Positions 1-12,162 of a DNA stretch of 64,000 nucleotides are shown here, piece by piece (position 1 is the stretch's first letter; each line of letters opens with the position of its first letter). The notes beneath the pieces were generated by a model. It was not told where the DNA came from. It did not search any database and saw nothing but the letters and a program-made list of their open reading frames with translations. The DNA is taken from contig JAGIQG010000032.1 of assembly GCA_024679065.1 (NCBI GenBank), positions 13,578,001 through 13,642,000 on the forward strand, in the 5' to 3' direction. Origin of the DNA: Sphyrna mokarran (taxonomy: Eukaryota). The position numbers were made by a program, and so were the translations under genes.

Positions 1-93
1 GGCACCCCTGGGTGTGGCGACTACGGGAATTTCACAGTAACTTCAGTGTTAACGTAAACCTTACTTGTGACTAATAAATAAACTTCAACTTTA
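1..93 (+). mobile_element. 3' tail of a SINE (same subfamily as 41517-41799)
   Basis: gtggcgactacgggaatttcacagtaacttc...cttgtgactaataaataaactt; matches 37493-37566 and the reverse complement of about 41517-41610. Confidence 0.7.
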
Positions 94-282
94 AATCGAA
101 TTCAGACTATACATCCCTCGTCCTCACTGAATGAAACGTGCCTTTTAAATGTTGCATTCAAAAGATCAACTATTGGGTTCAAACAAAGGAACTGCAGCTT
201 TGGGAGTCATATTCTCAACTGCCGGATTTTCCATGTGTTACAGTTAAGTTTGACATTGCCATGATACCAATTTCAATCCATT

Positions 283-745
283 TCAGAACACAAGAAATAG
301 GAGCAGGAGTTGACCATACAACCCCTCAAACTTGTCCTACAATTCAAAATCATCATGACTAATCTACATTATACTCTGCTTCTCATTTCATTCTCTGGCT
401 CTTGATTCCCTTATCTCAACACCTGCTTAGGATCCAATGCTTCATGGCTCTCTGAGCAAAGATGTTTCTTATTTCATTCCTAAATAGCTGACCTCTTGAC
501 CTGAATTTATGACTCCCGTTTCTGATTTTTGCCAGCGCCTACCCTGATAAGCCTCCTACGAATGATATCGATTTCAATAAAATTATTCCTCCTGCTTCTA
601 AACTCCAATATCTCCTCACTGGACAACAGTCTCACCCCAGGAATCGATCCAGTGAACTTTTGTTGCACTCCCTATAAAGTAGGTATATCTTTCTTCAAGT
701 AAAGAGGCCAAAATTGTGCCACAGGTCTGGTCTCACCAAAGCTTC
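283..745 (-). mobile_element. Degenerate CR1 LINE 3' end
   Basis: Tail agaacacaagaaataggagcaggagt... followed by decayed ORF2 end; similar pieces at about 51270-51530 and 54960-55420. Confidence 0.6.
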
Positions 746-2251
746 AGATGGTGCACAGTACATGGAGAATGGGTTGAACAGAGAGCCTGAGAGAAGTGGT
801 TTCCAAGAAGATATTTTAATGAGAGCTTTGAAAAGACAAACACAACTTCACTATTTCCACTTAGGATAAAGGTTTTATTCAGTTGCTGCTAGCTAAAAAG
901 ACAGAACTGGACTAATTCCTATCTACCCAACTCACATCATGCATATAGTGGCTTGTATTGTGTGGTTCACAAGCAAAATTATTCTAATTGTCAAACAGAA
1001 TTGTGAATGTAGTGTGATAAGATACAAAAAATGTCTTCACCCAGAAAGTACTCCATGATTGATCTTATGCCTGTCCAACTGCTGCTGCAGCTTTGCTGGT
1101 GTACTTGGCCTCAAAAGTACAATATGATGGATTTGAACTGGTTATTATTCATTGAAAACAATCACTTCCTTTGTACAATGTGTTTTCTATTCAATATTCC
1201 ATTCCTGCTCCAATCACCGGCACCATTTTTACATTCCCCACAGAGGAAACTTTAAAATGTGCTCTTTGCAATCTTTTCCTATTTTCTCCCAGTCTTGTTG
1301 GACATGATTCCGAGGCTGTCAGCTACCCATACACCTATTCTTCAACTGCGGACTCAGTTGAGTAGGCTATTGACCGGGAGGATACTGCAGAGAACTCTCT
1401 CCCTGTCCTCACCAATGTCCAATATGTTTGTGCTTTCAACATCGGTTGTAAAACAGAGACCAGATGTAGGAACGCTGAATGATTGCTTTGCCCACCCTTA
1501 AACCAGGAGCACACAGTGACTGCTGTGTTCTTTGCAATGGCTGGTGTCCCTTAAGTCAGCAAGTACTAGAGTTCAAACTTGGGACACTGCTTAATTGCAC
1601 AAATAAACTGCACAGTGCTTGCACCAACTGAGCCAATAGGGGTCTGGATGCATTTCTTAATCTTGTCTGAATTTATTTACTCCCATTCTAATTCTCTTGA
1701 TGCTTCTACAACTCCATCCTCTGGCTGTCAGGGTGACAAGCCATGTGCTCCCAGACCATGCTCTCACACACCCCGCTTTGTCTGCTTAGGTACCCATAGA
1801 AGAAGCTCAGTAAGATCAGTTTGTTTTCCCTTTCTCACTGGGAGAGTGGCCTCTGCACTGCTGGCTCTTACCGAGATATTTCCAGGAAGAGAGTTCCATT
1901 ACCAAGCCTTTGTGACGCATGTTTAAGCACTGACAGGGTCAGTGCGACCAACCATCTCAAATGACAAATTCATTCATAATAAACACCAACTCTTTTTTTA
2001 ATATAATATCACATTCAGTAGAATTTACAGAACAGCAACAGGCTTTCTGGTCCAATAGATTGATGCTTGTGTACCTGTTCCACATGATCTTCCTCCCCAG
2101 CTACTGATCTAATCTTATCCACTATTCCTCTCACCAATTATCCAGCTTAACCTTAAACCCTGCACAACCATTTATTTATGTTCAACTGTTTTCCCTTTAA
2201 CACAGTCAGGGAGATGATGGCATACTGAGCAAAACAACAGATTCACCTTAC

Positions 2252-2446
2252 CCCAAGGTCTGCAAAGGGGCCATCGTACAGAGCCAACTGTGCGACTCGA
2301 CACCTGTCTCTGTTTGATAGCGTTTGTGGAGTGCTGTATCCACCTCTCAAGGCGTTTTCTTCAGCTAGCATTGATTCCAGCTCTGGCGTGGCTCCCCCTG
2401 TTACTAATGTCCGTATCAGAGTCAGGATATTGTCATTGAAGTATGT
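2252..2446 (-). CDS. KCNMA1: KCNMA1 exon, RCK2 after the calcium bowl (195 nt, phase 0/0)
   Basis: ctccacag|ACA TAC TTC ... CTT GGG|gtaagg; translates [65 protein letters not shown]. Absent from the ORF track. Confidence 0.97.
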
Positions 2447-5263
2447 CTGTGGAGATAAAACAAACTCTTTAAGCGAACACTATTAAAGTCATCACCAAAG
2501 AAATTCAAATTACGCTTTCCAAGGACTTTGTGCAGTTAAAACTAACGTGCTGTCACTTCACATATTTTATCTGGGAAGTGAAAAGACAGCAGACTCCAAT
2601 TACTCTGTTTTAGTTGTATGTCCCATTAGGTCCTTTCACTATATATCTTTTCTTCCACACACAAATTCAGGTCAGTTTTCTTCTAGACAGAAATTGTAAT
2701 GATTAATTCCCTCTATAATTGCTGTTAGTGGCGATTCAAAGTCTCCCTCTCTCAGCGTTAACTTCACAACCAATATGAGGCAGAGAAAGATATAAAAGTA
2801 GAAGACTCTGGACAGGTTTAAAGCCTGTACGAGCTAGAGTGCCTTTTTTCCTCATCACTGATTCAGCTGGGAACAGCCTTTATGCTGAGATTGTCGCTGC
2901 ACATTAACACATGTATGCTCTCACAGTCCTCTCCTGCTATCACTTCCTACAGCTTTACGACATGAGTTGACAGAAATCAGACTTAAGTATGTATCAATTA
3001 AACATTTTGATTATTTTTTAAATAAATGGATGATGAGGGTAAAGTCCCAGGTGGTCTGGTTTAAAACACTCAAGTGTGCTGGCAAGCACAATTTATTAGG
3101 TGCATAGCTACTTCAAGATGACAACCTGCCAGCATCTATAACCATTCCATCCTGTCAGGTAAACAATCAGTCTTAGAAATATTTACTTAATGTCAATATA
3201 ATAAATTCAAGCTTCATTAAAGATGATTGTTTTAGTGAAGGAGGCACTGTCCCTTTTCAGGCCACCATGAACCTTGTTTAATACCACAGAATCTGTACAA
3301 CACTACAAAATGCTCTGGTTTTCTCACAAAGTTGCTGTTGCTCCCAAAACCATTTATACTTTTGGGATCTCAGGGTACAGGTCCACAAATATCAGCAACC
3401 CTCAGCTACTTCACCCAAGTACACCCTTTTCCAACATTCGTTGGGGACAGCACTGCCAGAAGATATTTTCCCAACTGGATGTTACACAGCCCAATTCCAT
3501 CTCAACTTGACATCTGAAGATGCTGGTTTCCCAGTAGGAATTGCTATTTGACTAGCAGATGAGAGAGCCCCAGGATGTGATCTTACCAGTTCATGCCACG
3601 CTCCCCCTGCAACAAGGTCAGAGTCTATCCAAATCTCCGTTCACTGCAGCAGGATAGTAAACTCCCGCCACTATGAATGGCTGTAAGATTCAGACTCTGG
3701 AATTTCTTCCTTACAAGGAGCATGCAGTTAAATTATGATGCCAAATAATTGTCCTGGTTTATTAGGTAACAACCTTGATTGGGGGATGGGGGGGGCGGGT
3801 AATGGTTGCAGGGAAACAACAATCCTTTAAAAGCTGCTTACTTTTTTATTCTTTATTTCATTATTCTGCTGCTAAATTAAAGATATGTCAGGTGAAAATA
3901 CAAAGTCTGATTGTTGCTAGCTAAACAGGTCAGTGAGAGTTTAATTGCTGCTTGGGCAAAAAATGCGCAGAAGCAACCAAGCATTAAATAACTTGAAAAA
4001 CAAAAATAGAATCAAAGATTTGATTGGACTGAAGTGTTTGGTGTGTAACATACATCCTAAGAATTACTAGGCTCTGCTTTTGACCAACTTTTCAAAGGGG
4101 GCTTTCACACCCTCAGAAGATCAGACCCCTGATTTTAACCTTACGGCACAATCATGGTGGATGTGGGTGTGTGGGATGCAAAGGGAAACCCTTGTAGAGG
4201 GCTCATTATCAGGCCAAGGCCATTTTTACTTCTGGCCTCTTTTCGATAGTGAAGCAGCAATGACTCCTGCCAAAACCAGTGAAAATGGTATCAGAGACAG
4301 CAGGTAGGAGTGGAAAATCAGATTGGAGATCTGTGATAATCTGGAGATCAAAGGGAACAATCCCTGTTATAAGGGTAGTGTTGAGAGTTGAGAAGGTGCT
4401 CAGCCTGGAGTCTCCAATGTACTCCCAGCAGTGAGAGGGAAGGACAACATTTGATGATGTACCCACACCTTAATCTTCTGCACTTAAAATTAGATTGTGT
4501 TGGCAATGATATCCTCTAACCGCACCTTTGAATCTCAAGCGGACTGCTCTCCCGGGAGGCTTTTTTGCCAAGTAAAATAGGTGTTGGGTAAAAATGCGTC
4601 AGGAAAATAATGGAACTGCTCCTTGACCCAATCCATGTCAACATGTTAACTGTCTGTCAGTCCAGTTCACTCTGGCCTGATTGTGTTGAACTTAGCATTT
4701 AACACTAAATGCTGCTAACTTTGAATTCTCCAGATATAGAAAATTCCTAACCTCAAGTTATTACGAAAAGTTTCTATTTAATTTCAAAAACACTTCAACA
4801 TTGTTCTTTTTCAAAGAGGAACTCGGGATTGTAAGATGCATCCATTCCACAAAGCAAAGTAGATCCTGTTAATCACAGCGATGCCAATCTTGCAGCACTA
4901 GTTTTTGACTCCGATGATTGATTGAGAAATGGAATAACTAGCGTTGCAACAGAGGTGTCACCAAAAGCGATAGCATTGCCATCTTTCATAAGGAGAGACA
5001 GGACCTGTAGAATGTGTATGCTTCATTCATACACATTGCAACACTGATTGAAAAGAAAATCCATTCATAGTGGAGGGATTTTGCTAAATCACATCTTTCA
5101 GTAAAAACTTTTAGAAGCAAGTGGAGCTAATCATGGAAGGCAGTGGCTATCAAATGAAAAAAAAATTGGCTTAACCGATCTAAAATATATGGGATAATCT
5201 TTTTCCTTTTCTTTCAAATATCAGACATAATTAGCTTTGATTGTAACCCACTTCCATCTTCAC

Positions 5264-5432
5264 CTCCACCCCTGATGGGCAGGTGAGGATCAAGGTTAAA
5301 ATCCTAAAGGTTAAAATCCAAACATCAAAACTAACAAGTCCACAACCACCAAAATAATAATACTGCAGATTCAGACACTGGATGACAATCCTCCCAAAAG
5401 CAGGTAGGGTCCACTTAAGATTCAAAGGTCAT
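5264..5432. repeat. 169-bp direct repeat, copy 1 (possible LTR remnant)
   Basis: Ungapped match to 7156-7324, about 21 mismatches by eye. Confidence 0.9.
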
Positions 5433-5772
5433 GGTATGACAATATAAATTTAAGATCAGATGTGGGGTGGGGCTCCAGAAACATGACTGGAGAACGAGAC
5501 AAGCCAGAAGAGGCCCAGTTAAGTTATTAAACTGTGTTCGCCACTGAACTCCTTGTAGTTTCTCTCCTTGACCCTCAGTCAGTCCACGAGCCTTTCCAGC
5601 ACAGGTTTCTCTCTTCACCTTGTCCTGACCGTGGGGATTTCTCAATGAATACTGCCTGCTGTATTATATATTAAAAAAAAAATCACCAGCCTGCCTCTCC
5701 CACTTGAGGAAAGCTTGTCCAACGAAATAGACCATCTGACATACACAGGACATCTGCTAGGTCTTTCCAAAG

Positions 5773-6000
5773 ATAGAACATAGAACATATAGAACAATAC
5801 AGCACAGAACAGGCCCTTCGGCCTTCGATGTTGTGCCGACCAAAATAAAACTAAACTAAACCATTCCCTTCTCTTCCATATACTTATCAATTAACCTCTT
5901 AAACGCTACCAAACTTGGCGCATCTACAACAGCTGCAGGCAGGGCATTCCACTCCCTAATCACTCTTTCAGTAAAGAACCTACGTCTGATATCCGTCCTA
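5773..6000 (-). mobile_element. CR1 (HER1-like) LINE 3' end
   Basis: (atagaac)n tail plus tacagcacagaacaggcccttcggcc, followed by a typical CR1 end (gcagggcattccac...cactct...gtaaagaacctac). Confidence 0.75.
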
Positions 6001-6027
6001 TAACTCATACTATAAATACTATCATAC

Positions 6028-6220
6028 TCAGATGTGTGGGTTTGGTTGATTAGCCATTCTAAAAATTGTCCCTTAATGTCCTAAGATGCGTAGGTTAGAG
6101 CGATTAGCAGATAAAATATGTAGGGATACAGGGGTAGGGCCTGGGTGGGATTATGGTTGGTGCAGATTCATTGGGCCAAATGGCTTCTTTCTGCACTGTA
6201 GGGTTTCTATGATTTTATGA
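6028..6220 (+). mobile_element. HE1-like SINE, 3' half
   Basis: Matches the 3' half of 53553-53897 (aaattgtccctta...taggttagag...gggccaaatggcttctttctgcactgtag). Confidence 0.75.
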
Positions 6221-7155
6221 CCAAGACTCTACTTGAATGAGGCTCAGGTAATAAGAGTGGCAGGGTGTCCCCATCCTTGCTGGATTCAGTGTCCTTTCTG
6301 TCCCGTCTCCTGTCCCACAAAAACTGACACTTTTGTATTTGGATAAGGGGCTATCAGCATAAACACTGCAAAGTGTCAGGGCATTAAATCTTCAACACCA
6401 GAAGGCTGAAAAGAGTGGAAATAGAAACATTTCAACTTTTTGCAACTGTCAGACGGTAACTTCCTCTTGATGGATAGTAAGAACCTAACCTTTGAGAATA
6501 GTGGGCTAACCCAACTTGCCATTTCAAACTTTTAGTTAACTTCAATGCAGCTCAGTCACTTCACTTTTTGGTGCCAGTTGTGTTGCAGTTTAGCTCCAGG
6601 ATATTCTCTTATGGATGGCTGCATATTTTAAAAGGTAATTTCAGCTGTATTATAAAACTTTTAATATATTATGTTGACTCATCAAATGATTGGGTCAGTT
6701 CACTAAAGTTCTTCTCTTCATCTGCACAGTGGATCTTTCTTTTTCACCTTCTTTCTCTTTATTTTACTCGAAATTTGTTTAGTCTTTTCTCAACCTTGAT
6801 GCCAACATTTTTTTGGTCAGGTCTGGCAATGCACCTCTATATGCTCTGGTTGGATCCTTCAGCTTCTACGTAGTAATGGTGGTTTTTATTCAGGCAATCT
6901 CCAAGCGTGTCTTCAATTTAGCTGCATTCTCTCAGGGCAGGCGTTAGTTTTTCATACCTTGAGATGCTGTGGTCTCTCTCCAGCTGCTTTGAGATTCTGG
7001 GTTTATTCACTTAGCTGCCACATGTTGGAAAGGTGTGTTTGGTGTTTCAGTAAGAGATCTGGAGACTTGTATGTTGAAACATAAATTATTTATTGTTAAC
7101 CCATGGCAATATATATTGCAGCTACTGCCTCTCTGATAGCCCCTTCTGAATTCTG

Positions 7156-7324
7156 CTCCACCCTTGATTGGCAGGTGAGGGCCAAGGTTAAAAATCTAAA
7201 GATCAAGATCCAAGCACCAAAACTAACAAGTTCACAACCACCAAAACAATAATACTACTGATTCAGGCACTGGGTGACAATCCTTCCAAATGCAGGTGGG
7301 GTCCACTTAAGTTTCAAAGGTCAT
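7156..7324. repeat. 169-bp direct repeat, copy 2 (possible LTR remnant)
   Basis: Ungapped match to 5264-5432. Confidence 0.9.
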
Positions 7325-10300
7325 CATGTGATTCTTTGCACTATGTCATGGGCAGTACTATTCTCCAATTCCTTGTTAACCCTTGCTCTGCTGAATGCCT
7401 TTATATTACAATGGCATGCTCCTATTCCTTAAAGGCATATACAACACCTACAATCAGCCTTGTTGTATGCAGAAAAACTTATATAACACAGTATTGCTTC
7501 ACCAACAAGATGACGACAACTACATTAATGGTTGAGATGAGAAATGTTGGCCCTGATTGCTTGCACCCCAGTTGCAATGCTAGCTATACTTTGAATGAGA
7601 TCTCGTATGAAGACTGCTTACAATGGGATACAAACAAAGTGAAAATTGTACCGATGTAAAACACTTTTTCAGAATACAGGATTTTCTTTGCTTCATTTTG
7701 AACAGTGCTAGAACAAACAACGCAGGTCCCACATAAACAGGCTGACTGCTAGCAGCCATCTTCATCTGCCCTTACCAACATAAGCCTGGAAATCATCTGC
7801 CATGATTTGTAATTGACAAGTACTGCCACATTTAGAGAGTTGGAACAAGTGAGATTCACCAGAAATTTCTGACGCTTAGAGAAACAAATAAGAACAAGAT
7901 CACCCGATTTTATTTTGGGAACAAGTGGTGGGAAATTCAGCTCGGAGTGCTCAGCCAGTAAAAACAATGAGCAGCTCCAGGGACTGTATTGTGATTATAA
8001 GTGAATTACAGAGCCACGGCTCTTAGTGAAGCAAGCTCAGCATTAACATGTGGCAGCTATCTGTGATTTTGACAATGCTGTCAACCCGGATGATAGATGA
8101 GAGTTGTCTGTTAATCATCAACACCTTTGTTCAATGTGAAATGTTGCCTGAATGATGTTTTGTTCTAACTGTTTTTCAAAAACGAAGAAAGAGGCCAAAT
8201 TGAGACATCAAACCAGCAGAGTATTTCAATGCTCAGAAATCCATATCCTCCTCACTGGCACCTTTTAGTCCACATCAGCCAACAAAAAGCACATTGCTCC
8301 AGTGCCATACCCACAAGCCCACGTAGCATTCAAGGATTGTTATTTGGGGAACTCGGTGCTGCAGTGACCTTGTTAAGTCATCTAATGTGCTCAGTACAGC
8401 TCCATTTGATGGCAATGTATGTGAAAAGTGTGTTGACAGAAACTTCACTTGGCTGATACTGCGGCAAGTCGGACTGTCTGATCAATCTGACAGATTCATT
8501 TATAAACTTTCGCCTATTAGTGCAACTTGGATTCAACTTAAATTTGCATCTGGTGCCAGCATTGGATTTATGAATTCTCTTTTTTTGTGTTGTTGTTGCA
8601 TGGTACGTTACTTCACATTTCTTGCAGTGAGTGATTTAATATTGAATTTCAGGAACTGGGGAAAAGGCTTTGGGAATAGTGCAGTGTTTTGTTTTTTTCA
8701 AAGAAAAAATATCTCCAAAGCACATACATCGAGTATTTTAATATTTCACGCTCAAGTTCACAAATTAAGGACCTCTCTGCATTTTTCTTTAAAATCCACA
8801 TGCATTTGTAGCCCCAGTGCTTACACACTGTATAAACTAAAGATCGTTTCTAATGCCAGAATAATGGGGCTATACTTCACAAATTGTCAGTTGCATTTAC
8901 ATTTATGTTAAATGGAAATGAAATCACGTCTGTTCTGCTCACTGGAGAGCTCCAAACATTGCTGATCTGAGGCTGCAGCAAATATCGAAGAATGGAGGAA
9001 GATCACATCTATTGCATCCATTTCCTTACTATTTATATTTTGCTTCTTTCTTTGCCTGGCTCTTGTGAGTGCACAGTTTACTCACACTACCTTGCCCTAT
9101 TGGTAATTAAACAATAACAACGGTTTGTTATATAAGCACCTTTTTGAAGCAAGATCTAGGGAGGAAATGCCAGAACTTAAACTATGCTGGCAACTAATAG
9201 CAATGGTACAGCAATTTAAGTTAGAGATGCCCCAGAGGCAAGAGTTAGACCACAGATACTGCAGGATTGTGGGGCTGGAGAAGATTATTGGAAATAGGGA
9301 GAAATGGAGCCACAGAGGTATCTGAAAACAACGACGAGGGATGGTATTCCGTGGAAATTCCCACTCAATTGCCAATGGGTCTTCACATTGTTCACAACAC
9401 ACCTGCTACAATTGCAGTGGCAAGCAGAGTGGGAGAATTCCGGCCGAGAGCTTTAAAATGGAGTCTGTGTAATCAGGAGTCAATGTAGCCTGCGACTAAA
9501 GGGGTGATGGGTTAACAGGATTTATATGTGAATACGAATAAGTAGCAAAGTTTTAGATGACCTCCAGTTTACAAAGGGTAGAATGTGACAGACTGGTCAC
9601 AAGCATGTTGGAATAGTAAGGTATAGAGGCAACAAAGATAAGGTTTCAGCAGCAGATAAACTGATGCAGGAATGGGGTAGGGCGATACTTCAGAGGTGGC
9701 ACAGATATATTGGTTGGAAACTCATTCTGGAAGTCGAATATGACACCAAGGTTACGAACAGTCTGGTTCAGTCTCGGAGAGTTGAAGGAAAAGCTGAATG
9801 AGATTCTTTTTAGCATTGAGAAATATACTTCTTGTTTTACATTCTTCATTTGCCACCTTCAATTGCTCCACTGTCGGCCATCTTTCTGTCTCTTCTTTTA
9901 GGTTGCTCTTAAAACTTCCCTCTTGTTCAAGCTGTTGGTTCTCTGTCTGAATATTTTGTGTTAGATTTTGTCTGAGAATGCTCCTGGGATATTTTTAAAG
10001 GCAGCGTATAAATGCAAGTAGTTACTGGTGTTCAGCATCCTGCGTGTGCTGGGAAACTCCTAAATGGCTGCTGAATGAAATATTTAATGTTCAGCAAACT
10101 CAGGCCTTGTCCTGACACTTTGAGAGGATGGCTGTCAAAGGTGACTCTTCCAACCATTACATTTCAGCTACATTGGAGCACTTAGCTAACTGTGTTCCAT
10201 TTATTTCAGAAATCCATTCAGTAAAAATCACCGGTTGCCTTAACTGTATTGGCTCTTATTATTTTGAAGAGATGCTTTGAAAGCTTTTGATCATTTTCAA

Positions 10301-11285
10301 GGTAACCCAGCTTTCGTATACTCAGTGCTTTATTTTGAGCAAACATGTGCCGCCCTTAAAAAAGCAGGTTTTGTTACAATCAAAAGTTTCAAAGGATCGG
10401 TCCTTCAGTATATTTAGCATAGTTCAAAACCACCAAAAAAAACTTTACACTTTAGTACTTTTATAATGAACAGGCCAGTTAAGTTCCACAATTTGCATCA
10501 ATTCTGAAGGAGCTTTGGCTTCAAGTTGATGTGAACTGCAAACTACAACACTGATGTAAAGTTGTCCAATTTGGACGGAGACCAGCAGTGTGAATGGGCC
10601 TTGAGGAGATGTGCCCTCACACTGCTTCAGCATCCCAGCAGCTGCACCTTAACTGCAGCCAGTGTGAAGGGAATTCTAAACATCTCCTTGCTGGTTGACT
10701 GACTGCTGGAGAACTTCAAAAAAAAACTTGATTTCCACCTTTTAATGTGAGTGACTAACCCCGTCGGCTGTTAGTTACCATTAAAATTTAACTGGCGTTT
10801 GAATGCCTGTAAGCAGAGCTCAAGTGCTCCAGTTTCCTGGTCGAGGAACAGTGTGAAGCCAGCTGTACAACTTGCATCTGCTGATCCCTTCACACTTTGA
10901 CCAAGTAATTATCTCAGGCTGCTACCTATAATATAAAACTGCACCCATATAGACAACATTACTATTTTCTTATGAAATAAAAGGACCACCTATACAAAAC
11001 AAAATGTTCCTTAATTAATAGGAGAGATGCCCTCACTTCATCTATGTTATTACTTGCAGTTTACTTTGGCTGCCTTGAAATAGAGCATACTTATTAAAAC
11101 ACATATTACGTGAGATCTTCAAATGCCCAAAGGCTCGACCAAGTCCTGCTAAGCTTTGGGTTTAAAAGACCAGTGGATCTGTCTGTCAATGAGCAATTCA
11201 TAAGGAAGGGTCTGTTTTTAAAAAACTGCGCCTCAAATGGAACCTGTGAGTTCAAGCATAAGCAATGGAGAGAAAAGACTGATCA

Positions 11286-11480
<195 letters not shown>

Positions 11481-12078
11481 TTATCAACGTTCATTGGTCA
11501 AGGAAAGGATATAAATACACGATGGACGTACTGAACAGCAGCTTAAAGAGACTGGAAATTGTAATCTCTGAACTTTTTGCTGTAATTTATTTCATATTTC
11601 AGTGTAAAGTGCAAAGCACAAGCAAGCAAAGTAGAAGTTATTCTTGCTTTGGTAACCCCTGAACTCTGTCTTCAGAGTAAATCTAGCAAAAATAAACAGT
11701 TTGAAAGAAGGTTTGATCTGAAGTCTTGTTTTGATTTTTTTCCCCCCTCTTTTCAGCCTTCTTGTAAGAGCTGTGGAAAGAACTGTCAATCAACATGACA
11801 GAGGCTGATGAATAGGCTCAAGCTGCAGAAATGAACTGCAAGCAAAATACTATGGAAACAGCTGCAAGTACAGAACAGTGAAGTCAAAGGGCAAGAGATA
11901 CTCTGTGAAAATAATAATCGTTAAAAATAAATTAGAAGGACACAACTAAGGCAGCCAACTTCAATCATAGCCAGCAAAAGAAAGACACTGACACTGGAGA
12001 AATCTCTCTCAGCCAAATGAAAAGAAGAACTGATGAGCGAAGAGAAACTGTGGACAAAAGGAAAAAGGGGCTGCTTAC

Positions 12079-12162
12079 CCAACTCAGTTATCATTGGTAT
12101 GTTGGCTCCAATGTTTTTTTCCTGACTGAATGAAACCAAAGGGAGCAATTTGCCAGGTTTAA
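12079..12162 (-). CDS. KCNMA1: KCNMA1 alternative cassette exon, Ca27-type, 28 aa (84 nt, phase 1/1)
   Basis: tcattattag|TT AAA CCT ... GAG TTG G|gtaagc; translates (V)KPGKLLPLVSFSQEKNIGANIPMITEL, matching the mammalian insert AKPGKLPLVSVNQEKNSGTHILMITEL that precedes the Ca2+ bowl. Symmetric phase allows skipping. Confidence 0.93.

Noticed and set aside
8387-8911. 174-aa plus-strand ORF
   Set aside because: Composition typical of AT-rich intron translation; no recognisable homology.
12030-12053. Hammerhead-like CTGATGA-gcgaaga-GAAAC on the plus strand near the cassette exon
   Set aside because: Stem II lacks the G-C closing pair and no stem I/III partners with a cleavage triplet were found; it is the reverse complement of a pyrimidine-rich intronic tract.
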